A stretch of 64,000 nucleotides of DNA from Candidatus Fermentibacteraceae bacterium (GTDB taxonomy: Bacteria; Fermentibacterota; Fermentibacteria; Fermentibacterales; JCC-6), in NCBI GenBank assembly GCA_041750285.1, contig JBGSZS010000017.1:1-64000 (forward strand). The letters run 5' to 3'. Shown here one piece after another: positions 9,534 through 19,806 of this stretch. Under the pieces are notes generated by a model that made no database searches, was not told where the DNA came from, and saw only the letters and a list, made by a program, of their open reading frames with translations. A program made the translations under genes and the position numbers. Positions within the stretch are counted from its first letter, which is position 1; each line of letters starts with the position of its first letter.

Positions 9534-10427
9534 ATGAGATACGGCTTCTTTCTCGGATGCAACGTTCCGGCGGTGAGACCCGACGTTGAACGGGCGATAA
9601 GGCTCACGATGCCCGCCCTCGGCGCGGAACTGGTCGACCTCGAGGGAAGCGTGTGCTGCCCGGCCTTCGGCGCGTTCCCATCCGCCGACGAGACTGCGGG
9701 GCTGGCCGTGAGCGCTTGGAACTTCTCCATCGCAGAAGAGTTGGGCGTCGACCTCGTGACCGAGTGCGGCTCGTGCTACAGCTCACTCAGGCTGGCCCGG
9801 AAAAAGCTGCTGGAAGACGGCGAGAAAAGGGAAGCGGTGAACCGGCTGCTGAAACCGGCGGGAAAATGCTTCAGGGGAACCGTTGCCGTGCGTCACATCA
9901 TCGATGTTCTCTACAACGACGTGGGCACCGAAACCATTCACAGGGCCCTGAAGTTTCCCCTCGATGGCGTGAACGCAACGGTTCAGTACCCGTGCCACAC
10001 CCTCTTCCCCAGCGAGGTCGTGGGGTTCGACTCGCCATCGGGGCGCCCCCGCATGCTTCGGGAACTGGTCGAGGCGCTGGGTGCCACGGTGCAGACCTAC
10101 AGCCGTGAGCTGCAGTGCTGCGGGGGGGCCGGCGGTTTCGTGAAGGGAAGCTTCGCTGGAGCGTCGGAGTTCGCCTTCAAGAAGCTCGATGCCATGAAAC
10201 GGGAGACCGAAGCCCAGTTGATCGTCGTGTCATGCATCACCTGTCTCGAACACCTGGACAGGATGCAGAACGAGATGAACAGGAAGAACGGGGATACGGC
10301 CTGCGCCTTCCCCGTATTCGACTACAACCAGCTTCTCGCGGTGTGCATGGGGTTCGACCCCGCCCAGGTCACCTCGATCTCGACGATCCCACGGGACGGG
10401 TTGATCTCACGGATCACGAAATGCTGA
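9534..10427 (+). CDS. hdrB: Heterodisulfide reductase subunit B (two CCG domains)
   Basis: FLGC...CC...ECGSC and YPCH...CCG...SCITC. Confidence 0.9.
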   Translation: MRYGFFLGCNVPAVRPDVERAIRLTMPALGAELVDLEGSVCCPAFGAFPSADETAGLAVSAWNFSIAEELGVDLVTECGSCYSSLRLARKKLLEDGEKREAVNRLLKPAGKCFRGTVAVRHIIDVLYNDVGTETIHRALKFPLDGVNATVQYPCHTLFPSEVVGFDSPSGRPRMLRELVEALGATVQTYSRELQCCGGAGGFVKGSFAGASEFAFKKLDAMKRETEAQLIVVSCITCLEHLDRMQNEMNRKNGDTACAFPVFDYNQLLAVCMGFDPAQVTSISTIPRDGLISRITKC

Positions 10428-10443
10428 ACCCACCCCTGTTTTA

Positions 10444-10761
10444 TCAGACGCAGCCGTCAGGCTTCGGCAAACCGGCGATCTTGCAGGCTCCCCTGGCTGG
10501 ACCCTTGGGGAAGAGCTCGTACAGCTCCTTCAGCTTGAGCCCGCTTTCCTTGCAGAGGCTTCTGACGGTTGGCGCCATGTCCGAATCCTTCCAGAATCCC
10601 CGGATGTAGTTTATCAACTCCCAGTGCTTGGGCCCGAGTTCACCAGTGCCGTCGAGCCTGGCGAACTCGGCGGCGACCGCCTCGTCCCAGAGCTCCGGTT
10701 CCTGAAGGAATCCGTCGCCGTCCACGTGCAGTTCCCTGTCGTTCACCCTGACAATGTCCAT
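10444..10761 (-). CDS. dsrC: DsrC/TusE-family sulfur carrier with both C-terminal cysteines
   Basis: VDGDGFL..PELW, HWELINYIR, LYELFPKGPARGACKIAGLPKPDGCV (C-x10-C-V). Confidence 0.88.
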   Translation of the reverse strand: MDIVRVNDRELHVDGDGFLQEPELWDEAVAAEFARLDGTGELGPKHWELINYIRGFWKDSDMAPTVRSLCKESGLKLKELYELFPKGPARGACKIAGLPKPDGCV

Positions 10762-10798
10762 CGACCCGTCCCTCTTGTTTATGCCCTCTTCAACCGGG

Positions 10799-11959
10799 CT
10801 ACTTCTTCATGGAAGCGATCTCGCGAACCGCCTCTACTGCCGTATCTATCTCCGCCTCGGTGTTGAAGGGGCCGACACTGAACCGCACTGTGCCATGGAG
10901 CTTGTCGGTCCCGAGATGGACGTGCACCAGGGGTGCACACTGCAATCCGGTACGTGTGGCAATGTTGTGATCGACGTCCAGCATCGTTCCGGCGTCTCCC
11001 GCCAGCCATCCGTCGATGTTCAGGCTGAGCACGGGGTTCTGGTTCTCGGTGTCGTCGGCGCAGTAGGTGGTGACCCCGTCGATGGCCTGCACACCCCTGC
11101 GAAGCTTGTCCCAAAGGCGCATCTCATGCGAATGTATGTTGTCGATCCCCTCGCCGAGGACCCATTTCACGCCTGCATAGAGCCCCGCGACACCGACGGT
11201 GTTCAGTGTTCCGGCCTCCATACGGTAGGGGAACTCGTCGAGGTGGAAGGGGTGGGCCGACCTTACGCCGGTTCCGCCGAAGATGGTGCACTTGATGGGC
11301 ACGTTCTCGCCAACGTAGGACCCGCCGATGCCCGTCGGCCCCATCAGGCACTTGTGCCCCGTGAAGGCCAAAAGGTCTATGTTCATGGCCTTTACGTCTA
11401 TTGGAACGGCTCCGGCGCTCTGGCTGGCATCGACCGCGAAATAGATCCCGGCCTCCCTGCAGTACCGGCCGATCTCCGCCACGGGCTGAACCGTGCCGAT
11501 GATGTTCGAGGAATGGTTGATTATCACCAGCCTTGTGTTCTTCCGGAAAGCCCTTTTCACGTCGTCCGGGTCGATGTAGCCCCGGGTGTCGAAGGGAACG
11601 TACGTGACGTCGATGTCGCCTTCGTGCTTCCTGTGGTAAAGGGGGCGCAGCACGGAGTTGTGCTCCAGGTTGCTCGTGATCACGTGATCACCCTTCGAGA
11701 TCATCCCCTGGATTATCCTGTTCAGGGAGTCGGTGGCGTTGTAGCTGAAGGTGAGGTGGTTGGGATCAGTTCCGTTGAACAACTCCGTCAGCAGCTTGCG
11801 GGTGGAATGCACCACTTCCTCAGCCTCGAGGGCCTTGTCGAATCCGGAACGCCCGGGGCTGACTCCGTGCGACTGATAGAATTCCTTCATGAAATCGTAG
11901 ACTACCTGGGGTTTCGGAAAGGATGTCGCGGAGTTGTCCAGATAGATCAGACCGTCCAT
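10799..11959 (-). CDS. Cysteine desulfurase-family PLP enzyme (class V, SufS/CsdA-like)
   Basis: IYLDNSATSFPKP, LEHNSV, DASQSAG, FTGHK (PLP Lys), RTGLQCAP (catalytic Cys). Confidence 0.9.
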   Translation of the reverse strand: MDGLIYLDNSATSFPKPQVVYDFMKEFYQSHGVSPGRSGFDKALEAEEVVHSTRKLLTELFNGTDPNHLTFSYNATDSLNRIIQGMISKGDHVITSNLEHNSVLRPLYHRKHEGDIDVTYVPFDTRGYIDPDDVKRAFRKNTRLVIINHSSNIIGTVQPVAEIGRYCREAGIYFAVDASQSAGAVPIDVKAMNIDLLAFTGHKCLMGPTGIGGSYVGENVPIKCTIFGGTGVRSAHPFHLDEFPYRMEAGTLNTVGVAGLYAGVKWVLGEGIDNIHSHEMRLWDKLRRGVQAIDGVTTYCADDTENQNPVLSLNIDGWLAGDAGTMLDVDHNIATRTGLQCAPLVHVHLGTDKLHGTVRFSVGPFNTEAEIDTAVEAVREIASMKK

Positions 11960-12106
11960 TTGGTTTCCTTCCATGCTAAGCGCTGATTCTGTATCTTCTT
12001 ATATAACATGATGATATGAATTCAGTTCGATTCGGCTATACTTCGTGAAACCTTTCCTGAAGCATACCGTAGTTTGACGTGACACTAAGCACTGATGCCA
12101 TCCAAG

Positions 12107-12730
12107 TCAATGCGAACCTGCGGGCCGTGCAGGGGTTGGGGCGTGATGGCCAAGCCTTTTCAGCGAAGCCCAGGTGGCAGCTTCGAGTTCGAGGTCGCCG
12201 TATGCGGTAACGACGAAATCCCAGATGTGGAGATCGGCGGTGGCCTGTGGTTCGCCCGGAGGTGGAACCGGCGGGTCGGGAAAGCTCGTAGCGACGCACA
12301 GGAGCTGAACCGTGAGGGTGTCTCCGGCGGCGGCGGGTGGAACCACGAAGATGGGGAGCGAGTCCGTCTGATTCTGCGAGACGTTCCAGTAGATGTTGGA
12401 GCTGCCGTTGATGAACAGGACCATTCTCGTGAATGAGAACGTGTTTTCGGCCTGGGTCTCCCACGTTACGCTGTACTGCTGTGCCGAGATGCTTATGGAA
12501 TCGGTTCCCGGAGGGATCACGAGCTGCTCCGACAACAGTTCGTTCCACTGTGTCTCGAAGGCGGCGGCCACCGCCTGGGAATGTGCCCCGTCGGACCCGA
12601 AGGTCCACTCGCCTTCCGTGATGCTCCACCCCGGCGGAAGCTGGTCGAGGGGGTAGCTCCAGATTACCTGGTCGGCATGCGCGCCCAGGGAAAGCATGAT
12701 CGTGAGGGTCAGCGGAAATGCGAAACGCAC
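12107..12730 (-). CDS. Secreted hypothetical protein with C-terminal TWASLK motif
   Basis: Signal peptide AHA-D; N- and C-terminal similarity to 245..856. Confidence 0.8.
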   Translation of the reverse strand: MRFAFPLTLTIMLSLGAHADQVIWSYPLDQLPPGWSITEGEWTFGSDGAHSQAVAAAFETQWNELLSEQLVIPPGTDSISISAQQYSVTWETQAENTFSFTRMVLFINGSSNIYWNVSQNQTDSLPIFVVPPAAAGDTLTVQLLCVATSFPDPPVPPPGEPQATADLHIWDFVVTAYGDLELEAATWASLKRLGHHAPTPARPAGSH

Positions 12731-12795
12731 CCTTGAACCTCCGCCCGTTCATTGTGAGGACAATATAAGGGGGCGAAAGGGGCCGGGCTCGTCCC

Positions 12796-13971
<1,176 letters not shown>

Positions 13972-13974
13972 GGG

Positions 13975-15168
13975 TCAGCCGCGGGGCTGGCCGATCCGGG
14001 CCAGGGCCTGGTCCAGGTCTGCCATAAGGTCGTTCACGTCTTCAATGCCAACGGAATACCGTACAAGGTCGTCGGTGATCCCGGCCTTCACTTTGGCCTC
14101 GGGTGACACCTTTGCGTGGGTCATCGAGGCTGGGTGCTGGATCAGCGTCTCCACTCCGCCCAGTGATACCGCGAGGACTGCGAGTTCGACATTGTCCATC
14201 AGGATCCTTCCCGCTTCGAGCCCCCCCTTCAGGCCGAAGGAGATCATAGCTCCGGGGCCTTTCTGCTGGCGCATGGCCAGCTCGTGCTGGGGATGGGAGG
14301 GCAGCCCCGGGTACCTGACCCAGGCGACCGCGGGATGGCTTTCGAGGTGTTTCGCTATTGCCAGGGCGTTTGACTGGGCGCGCTCGATCCTGATCGCCAG
14401 GGTCTTGAGCCCCCGGATCACAAGGAACGCCTGATGCGGGTCCATGTTGGGACCCATGCCCGTCATCACGGTGTACATGTCCCGGTGGTCGGCTTCCGTC
14501 TTCGCCACGATCATGCCGCCCACGACATCGGCATGGCCGTTGATGAATTTCGTCACCGAATGAAGCACCACATCGGCGCCGAGTTCGAGGGGCCGCTGCA
14601 GGTAGGGAGAGCAGAACGTGTTGTCCACAACAAGGCGTATTCCGTGCCTGCGGGCGATCCCCGCGCATGCCTCGATGTCGGTTATGGAAATGGTGGGGTT
14701 GGCGGGGGTCTCGATGAAGAGGAGCTTCGTGTTGGGGCGGATGGCCGCTTCGATCAGTTCGGGACGGCTTGTGTCCACGAAGGTCGATTCGACGCCGAAG
14801 CGTGCGAACTGCTTTTCAAGCACACCCCTGGAAGGGCCGTAGACCGCGTCGGTGGAGACTATGTGCTGCCCCGCGCCGAGGAACGTCATGTAAACCGTTG
14901 TCACCGCGGCCATGCCGCTGGCAACCGCGATCCCTCCGTAACCACCCTCAAGCGAAGCAACAGCGTCTTCCAGCACCCTGATCGTGGGGTTTCCGAGGCG
15001 TGTGTAGATGAACCCGCCGCTGTCGCCCGCAAAGCAGTCCGCTCCGTCCTGGGCGTTCCTGAAGGCGAATGTGGAGGTCTGGTAGATCGGCGGGTTGACC
15101 GCCATGAGGGCGTCGGGCTTCTGGCCGCCGTGCACGAGTATGGTGTCGAACCCTGCGTTCTTTTTCAT
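13975..15168 (-). CDS. megL: Methionine gamma-lyase / Cys-Met metabolism PLP enzyme
   Basis: PPIYQTSTF, YTRLGNPT, ETPANP, DNTF, HSVTKFINGHAD, AVSLGGVETLIQHPASMTH. Confidence 0.8.
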   Translation of the reverse strand: MKKNAGFDTILVHGGQKPDALMAVNPPIYQTSTFAFRNAQDGADCFAGDSGGFIYTRLGNPTIRVLEDAVASLEGGYGGIAVASGMAAVTTVYMTFLGAGQHIVSTDAVYGPSRGVLEKQFARFGVESTFVDTSRPELIEAAIRPNTKLLFIETPANPTISITDIEACAGIARRHGIRLVVDNTFCSPYLQRPLELGADVVLHSVTKFINGHADVVGGMIVAKTEADHRDMYTVMTGMGPNMDPHQAFLVIRGLKTLAIRIERAQSNALAIAKHLESHPAVAWVRYPGLPSHPQHELAMRQQKGPGAMISFGLKGGLEAGRILMDNVELAVLAVSLGGVETLIQHPASMTHAKVSPEAKVKAGITDDLVRYSVGIEDVNDLMADLDQALARIGQPRG

Positions 15169-15256
15169 TTTCTTCCTTAAGGATCGTTTCAATAAGGTTT
15201 GACCGCTGCGGAAGACCCGGCAGCGGGTTGATCAGGTCTTCTTTCCGGCGGACAGG

Positions 15257-16087
15257 TCAGCCGATGGCCCTGTCCCAGTTCACGGGGATCGGGGAAGGGA
15301 AACGCCAGAGATCGATGTGATTCTGATCCGCGGCATAGATACCCCCCTCGGCGCTCTTTCCGTATCCCAGCCATGTGTTGAACAGGACCTCGTTCATGCA
15401 ATTGTCGGAGACAATGGTCTTGGTCTTCTTGTCCGGCTGGGTCTCGAGTTCCTGCCTGGCGTCCTCGAAGCGGCTCTGTGCAGCGAACTGGAACTGCTCG
15501 TCATGAAGCTCGGTGAAGATGACCTGGCGGAAGACCTTTCCCGGCCTGTGGGTGGCGTACCAGGCGTACTCGACCGGGGTGAGGTTGGATAGAAGGATCA
15601 GCTGGATCGGGCACATCACAAGATAAAGATGACAGCCCTGGCGGGGCTGGACAGGAGAACCGGCGGCTTCTGCCACCTGGGCCGGAGACATCTCCTCGTG
15701 GCAGTCCCTGGATTTGAATACATGGAGCTGCCCCTTGGGTTCCATCTCCATGACCTCACCGCCGGTCTTGACCAGGTAGATCCTTCTGTATGCCTTGATG
15801 GGCGTGCAGGAAAAGGCGTTGTTCGAGAGGGCCGTCTTGGTGCGCTTGCCCTCCCCGGCGGCCTTGAGCGCGTTGACGGTGTCGCCCCTGGCGTTCCTCC
15901 AGCCGCCCTCGTCGAGGTATTCGAAATCGGGCAGGCCACCCTTAAGGGCAAGGTCCACGAACAGCTTGCGACCCTTGAAGTGCTTGCCGGAACCGGGGCT
16001 GCTGTGACGGGCCAGGCCGCCTATTCCGAGTGAAGTGGCCGTTATCAGCCCCTGTGGTATGGAAAGAACGAGATTGACTTCAGGCAT
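15257..16087 (-). CDS. Hypothetical protein with internal two-domain duplication
   Basis: 276-aa ORF with AAGGAG RBS and upstream promoter. Confidence 0.75.
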   Translation of the reverse strand: MPEVNLVLSIPQGLITATSLGIGGLARHSSPGSGKHFKGRKLFVDLALKGGLPDFEYLDEGGWRNARGDTVNALKAAGEGKRTKTALSNNAFSCTPIKAYRRIYLVKTGGEVMEMEPKGQLHVFKSRDCHEEMSPAQVAEAAGSPVQPRQGCHLYLVMCPIQLILLSNLTPVEYAWYATHRPGKVFRQVIFTELHDEQFQFAAQSRFEDARQELETQPDKKTKTIVSDNCMNEVLFNTWLGYGKSAEGGIYAADQNHIDLWRFPSPIPVNWDRAIG

Positions 16088-16140
16088 GGGTCACTCCTTT
16101 GTGTCCGCTTTGCGACAGGATCGTACTATTGCCAAAATTG

Positions 16141-16169
16141 AGCATACCGACTTGGGATACAACCGTCAA
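16141..16169 (-). promoter_or_regulatory. Sigma70-type promoter for the 16087-megL-rlmI run
   Basis: TTGACG-17nt-TATGCT on the minus strand. Confidence 0.55.
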
Positions 16170-16207
16170 GGAATCGGAGTACGGGTTTGACGGCCAGTCC
16201 CACAGGC

Positions 16208-17314
16208 TCAGGGACCCCCGATCGTGAAAACCACATTCATGTCGCTGTACGACGGGCTGTACTGGCTGTAGGGTCTGACGACCACGAATGCCCTGCCTTC
16301 CTGAAGGGGGCCGGCGGTGAAGGAGAGATGGGCGTCACCCCAGCAGTTGTCGTTCCTTCCGCTGTCGTCGTCGCTCAGGACCGAGCCTTCCAGCGTGGTG
16401 AGCTGCACGAATGCGTCCATGTCGCGGGATTCGGACACCGTTCTGATGGAGTACGTTCTTCCCCTTGCGATGTCGATGTCGAAACAGACCATCGGGGTGG
16501 TGCTGCTAAGGCTTACGCTGAAGGTCGTGTCACGGGTCACCAGGGGTATGTCCTCCATCACGACCGACCACAGAAAACGGACCCTGCCGAACTCCCACCC
16601 TCCCAGGCTGGTCACGAGCGCGATGTAGGTGCCCCCGGAAAGAGGGGCCAGTATCAGGGGGTCGGTGCCGGTGGGACCGTCCTCGTTCCATGCCACATAG
16701 GAAAGGCCAGTCCCGTCCTCGCGCAGAAGGGTCATCACAAGGTCGAACGGGGCTGATGCTTCGAGCCTTGCCAACACCCTGCGTCCGCTCACGGAAAACC
16801 GGAACGCCGCACAGGGATCGTAGGGGCCAGGGTAGTAGCAACTGTCCGGAAGGTCGGTGAGAATCCTGGGCCAGATGCTCTCGACGGTGTTCCGATCCTC
16901 CTCGATCAGCCCGGCATGCACGGAATCGGGTTCAAAGGCATCGATCACCACAGCACCGGGTTCTTCGACAGCGCGGGCTCCGGAGGAGTCACCGGTCAGC
17001 ACGTCGGATGCCTTGGAGACGAACATCACCAGCCCGGCAATGAGAACCGCCAGAAGGATCACCGCAACGATGCAGCCGGTCTTTAAAGCCGTTGCCGGGG
17101 ATGAGGCCACCGGAGCTCCGCCGTGTTCAGGAACCTGATATCCGTGCTGCAAAGGCGCTCCGCAGTTCTCGCACGACTCGGAACCGGGAGTTACCCGGGA
17201 ACCGCAGAACTCGCATCTGGACGGATCATACCTTCGGGCTTCCCGCCCGCAGCCCGGACATATCCGGGGGTCTCCCGGGGAGACATGCCCGCAATCGGGA
17301 CACTTCGTTGCCAA
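16208..17314 (-). CDS. Double zinc-ribbon membrane protein with PPC-like extracytoplasmic domains
   Basis: Four CxxCG motifs, one TM helix, then WNEDG/SDDDSG...D-type repeats. Confidence 0.75.
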   Translation of the reverse strand: MATKCPDCGHVSPGDPRICPGCGREARRYDPSRCEFCGSRVTPGSESCENCGAPLQHGYQVPEHGGAPVASSPATALKTGCIVAVILLAVLIAGLVMFVSKASDVLTGDSSGARAVEEPGAVVIDAFEPDSVHAGLIEEDRNTVESIWPRILTDLPDSCYYPGPYDPCAAFRFSVSGRRVLARLEASAPFDLVMTLLREDGTGLSYVAWNEDGPTGTDPLILAPLSGGTYIALVTSLGGWEFGRVRFLWSVVMEDIPLVTRDTTFSVSLSSTTPMVCFDIDIARGRTYSIRTVSESRDMDAFVQLTTLEGSVLSDDDSGRNDNCWGDAHLSFTAGPLQEGRAFVVVRPYSQYSPSYSDMNVVFTIGGP

Positions 17315-17556
17315 TTCGTCCTCCCTCTGCCTGTTGACGGTCTTCCCGCGGCCTGCTCATGCAATTATGTGGCGGATCGCATCAAAAACAATGGTCCCGA
17401 TGGTGTTATCTGCGCACGTTCCCGATCCCGGCACATCTTGCCTTGACGCGGGGCTTGCTTATGTTTGCCAATCCACTTTTCCGCCCGCCCTTTCACGGGT
17501 GTTTTCCACTGCTCGAACGTACCTTCGCGGGCACGCTCGGGATAACGGAGGATCTC

Positions 17557-19749
17557 ATGATTACGACCTGGTTCTGGATTGCTCCGATCGGTTCCGTTCT
17601 TGCCCTGGTTGTGGCGTTCCTCTTCTACAGGGACATGATGAGGCAGAGTGAGGGCACGCCGAAGATGGCCTCGATCGCCCTTGCCGTCCGCAAGGGCGCC
17701 ATGGCCTACCTGAAACAGCAGTACAGGGTCGTCGTGATAGTCTTTCTCTGCCTTACGGTGCTTTTCGCCGTGATGGCCTATGTGCTGAGGGTACAGAACG
17801 GCTGGGTACCCTTCGCGTTCATCACGGGAGGCTTCTTCTCGGGTCTCGCCGGGTTCTTCGGCATGAAGACCGCCACCCAGGCTTCCGCCCGGACAGCGAA
17901 CGCCGCGAGGGACTCACTGAACAAGGGCCTCACCCTTGCCTTCAGAAGCGGCGCTGTCATGGGGCTTGTAGTCGTGGGGCTGGCCCTTCTGGACATCTCG
18001 GCATGGTTCATCATCCTTAACCGCTTCTACCCTGCGTCCGGGGGCTCTTCCTCGCTTGTCATAATCACCACGACCATGCTCACGTTCGGCATGGGAGCCT
18101 CCACCCAGGCACTTTTCGCCAGGGTGGGGGGAGGGATATTCACCAAGGCCGCAGATGTTGGCGCGGACCTCGTGGGAAAGGTCGAGGCCGGCATCCCCGA
18201 GGACGACCCCAGGAACCCCGCCACCATTGCCGACAATGTCGGCGACAATGTCGGTGATGTGGCCGGCATGGGTGCCGACCTGTACGAATCGTACTGCGGG
18301 GCAATTCTCGCAACGGCTGCACTCGGCGCCACGGCGTTCTCAGCAGCGGGCGGCACGGTTCAGATGAACAGCGTCATAGCGCCCATGGTCATAGCCGGGA
18401 TCGGAACCATGCTGTCCGTGATAGGGATGCTGCTCGTCCGGACCCGGGAAGGGGCGGACCAGAAACAACTGCTGGGAGCCCTGAGCAGGGGTGTCAACGT
18501 GAGCTCGGTACTCATTGTCGCCGCATCGGCGGCCGTCCTCAATCTTCTGGGCATTCCCAACGCATGGGGAGTGTGGGGCTCACTGGTCACCGGTCTGATC
18601 GTTGGGATAGTGATCGGCAAATCGACCGAGTACTACACGTCACACGCCTACAAACCGACCCAGGCCATAGCCGGGCAGGCCAAAACAGGGGCTGCAACTG
18701 TGATCATCTCGGGCATCGGCACCGGAATGATCTCCACGGCGATTCCCGTGCTGATGGTTTCCATAGGTACCGTCATGTCATTCCTCTTCGCTTCGGGCTT
18801 CCGGTTCGACAACCTCTCAATGGGCCTCTACGGGATAGGGATCGCCGCGGTGGGCATGCTCTCCACTCTTGGCATCACCCTTGCCACAGACGCCTATGGC
18901 CCCATCGCCGACAATGCGGGTGGGAACGCGGAGATGGCGGGGCTCGAGAAGGAGGTGAGGGAGCGCACCGACGCCCTGGATGCGCTGGGTAACACTACCG
19001 CCGCCACCGGCAAGGGCTTTGCAATCGGTTCGGCGGCACTAACCGCGCTGGCCCTGCTTGCCTCCTATCTCGAGGAGATAAAGATGGGACTCGTAAGGGT
19101 CGGCGTCGAAGTCATAGATGTCGGGGGACGTTCGGTCGAAGTCGCAACGGCCACGCTGGTTGAGCTCATGGTGCACTACCAGATCCACCTGATGAATCCG
19201 ATAGTCCTCACAGGCGCCTTCATCGGTTCGATGATGGCATTCCTCTTCTGCGGCCTTACGATGCAGGCGGTCGGACGCGCGGCGGGCAGCATGGTCGACG
19301 AGGTCCGCAGGCAGTTCGCCGAAAAACCCGGGATCATCGCGGGCACTGACGAACCCGATTACACGAGATGTGTTGCGATCTCGACCCGCGGAGCGCAGAA
19401 AGAGATGGTCCTTCCCGCCTCGCTGGCGATAGTGGTGCCGATCCTGACCGGGCTGATCCTCGGGGTCGGGGGTGTGATGGGCCTTCTCTTCGGTGGGCTG
19501 GCGGCGGGTTTCGTTCTCGCCATCTTCATGGCAAACTCGGGCGGGGCATGGGACAACGCCAAGAAGTACGTCGAAGAGGGAAACCTTGGCGGCAAGGGCT
19601 CGGATGCCCACAAGGCAACCATCATAGGCGACACCGTGGGAGACCCGTTCAAGGACACTTCGGGACCCAGCCTCAACATCCTGATCAAGCTCATGAGCAT
19701 GGTTTCGATAGTGATGGCGGGTCTGACCGTCACGTTCCACATGCTGTGA
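17557..19749 (+). CDS. hppA: Membrane ion-translocating pyrophosphatase, K+-dependent, probably Na+,H+ type
   Basis: GGGIFTKAADVGADLVGKVEAGIPEDDPRN, DNVGDNVGD, GNTTAATGK, GDTVGDPFKD; GGAGG RBS. Confidence 0.95.
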   Translation: MITTWFWIAPIGSVLALVVAFLFYRDMMRQSEGTPKMASIALAVRKGAMAYLKQQYRVVVIVFLCLTVLFAVMAYVLRVQNGWVPFAFITGGFFSGLAGFFGMKTATQASARTANAARDSLNKGLTLAFRSGAVMGLVVVGLALLDISAWFIILNRFYPASGGSSSLVIITTTMLTFGMGASTQALFARVGGGIFTKAADVGADLVGKVEAGIPEDDPRNPATIADNVGDNVGDVAGMGADLYESYCGAILATAALGATAFSAAGGTVQMNSVIAPMVIAGIGTMLSVIGMLLVRTREGADQKQLLGALSRGVNVSSVLIVAASAAVLNLLGIPNAWGVWGSLVTGLIVGIVIGKSTEYYTSHAYKPTQAIAGQAKTGAATVIISGIGTGMISTAIPVLMVSIGTVMSFLFASGFRFDNLSMGLYGIGIAAVGMLSTLGITLATDAYGPIADNAGGNAEMAGLEKEVRERTDALDALGNTTAATGKGFAIGSAALTALALLASYLEEIKMGLVRVGVEVIDVGGRSVEVATATLVELMVHYQIHLMNPIVLTGAFIGSMMAFLFCGLTMQAVGRAAGSMVDEVRRQFAEKPGIIAGTDEPDYTRCVAISTRGAQKEMVLPASLAIVVPILTGLILGVGGVMGLLFGGLAAGFVLAIFMANSGGAWDNAKKYVEEGNLGGKGSDAHKATIIGDTVGDPFKDTSGPSLNILIKLMSMVSIVMAGLTVTFHML

Positions 19750-19806
19750 GGGTCTTCTGACGGGCTGCCGCCGGTGATGACCCTGCCAAGGGGGCAACGC
19801 GGGTTG

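Noticed and set aside
2670..10427. Selenocysteine in Hdr/Mvh subunits
   Set aside because: All are uninterrupted ORFs with Cys at the motif positions
8371..11986. Long antisense ORFs (e.g. 8371..9522 -, 10754..11986 +) and similar shadow ORFs elsewhere
   Set aside because: They overlap well-supported genes on the opposite strand and are expected from high-GC codon bias
17480..17545. Riboswitch upstream of hppA
   Set aside because: Only weak imperfect hairpins and no consensus I can recognise
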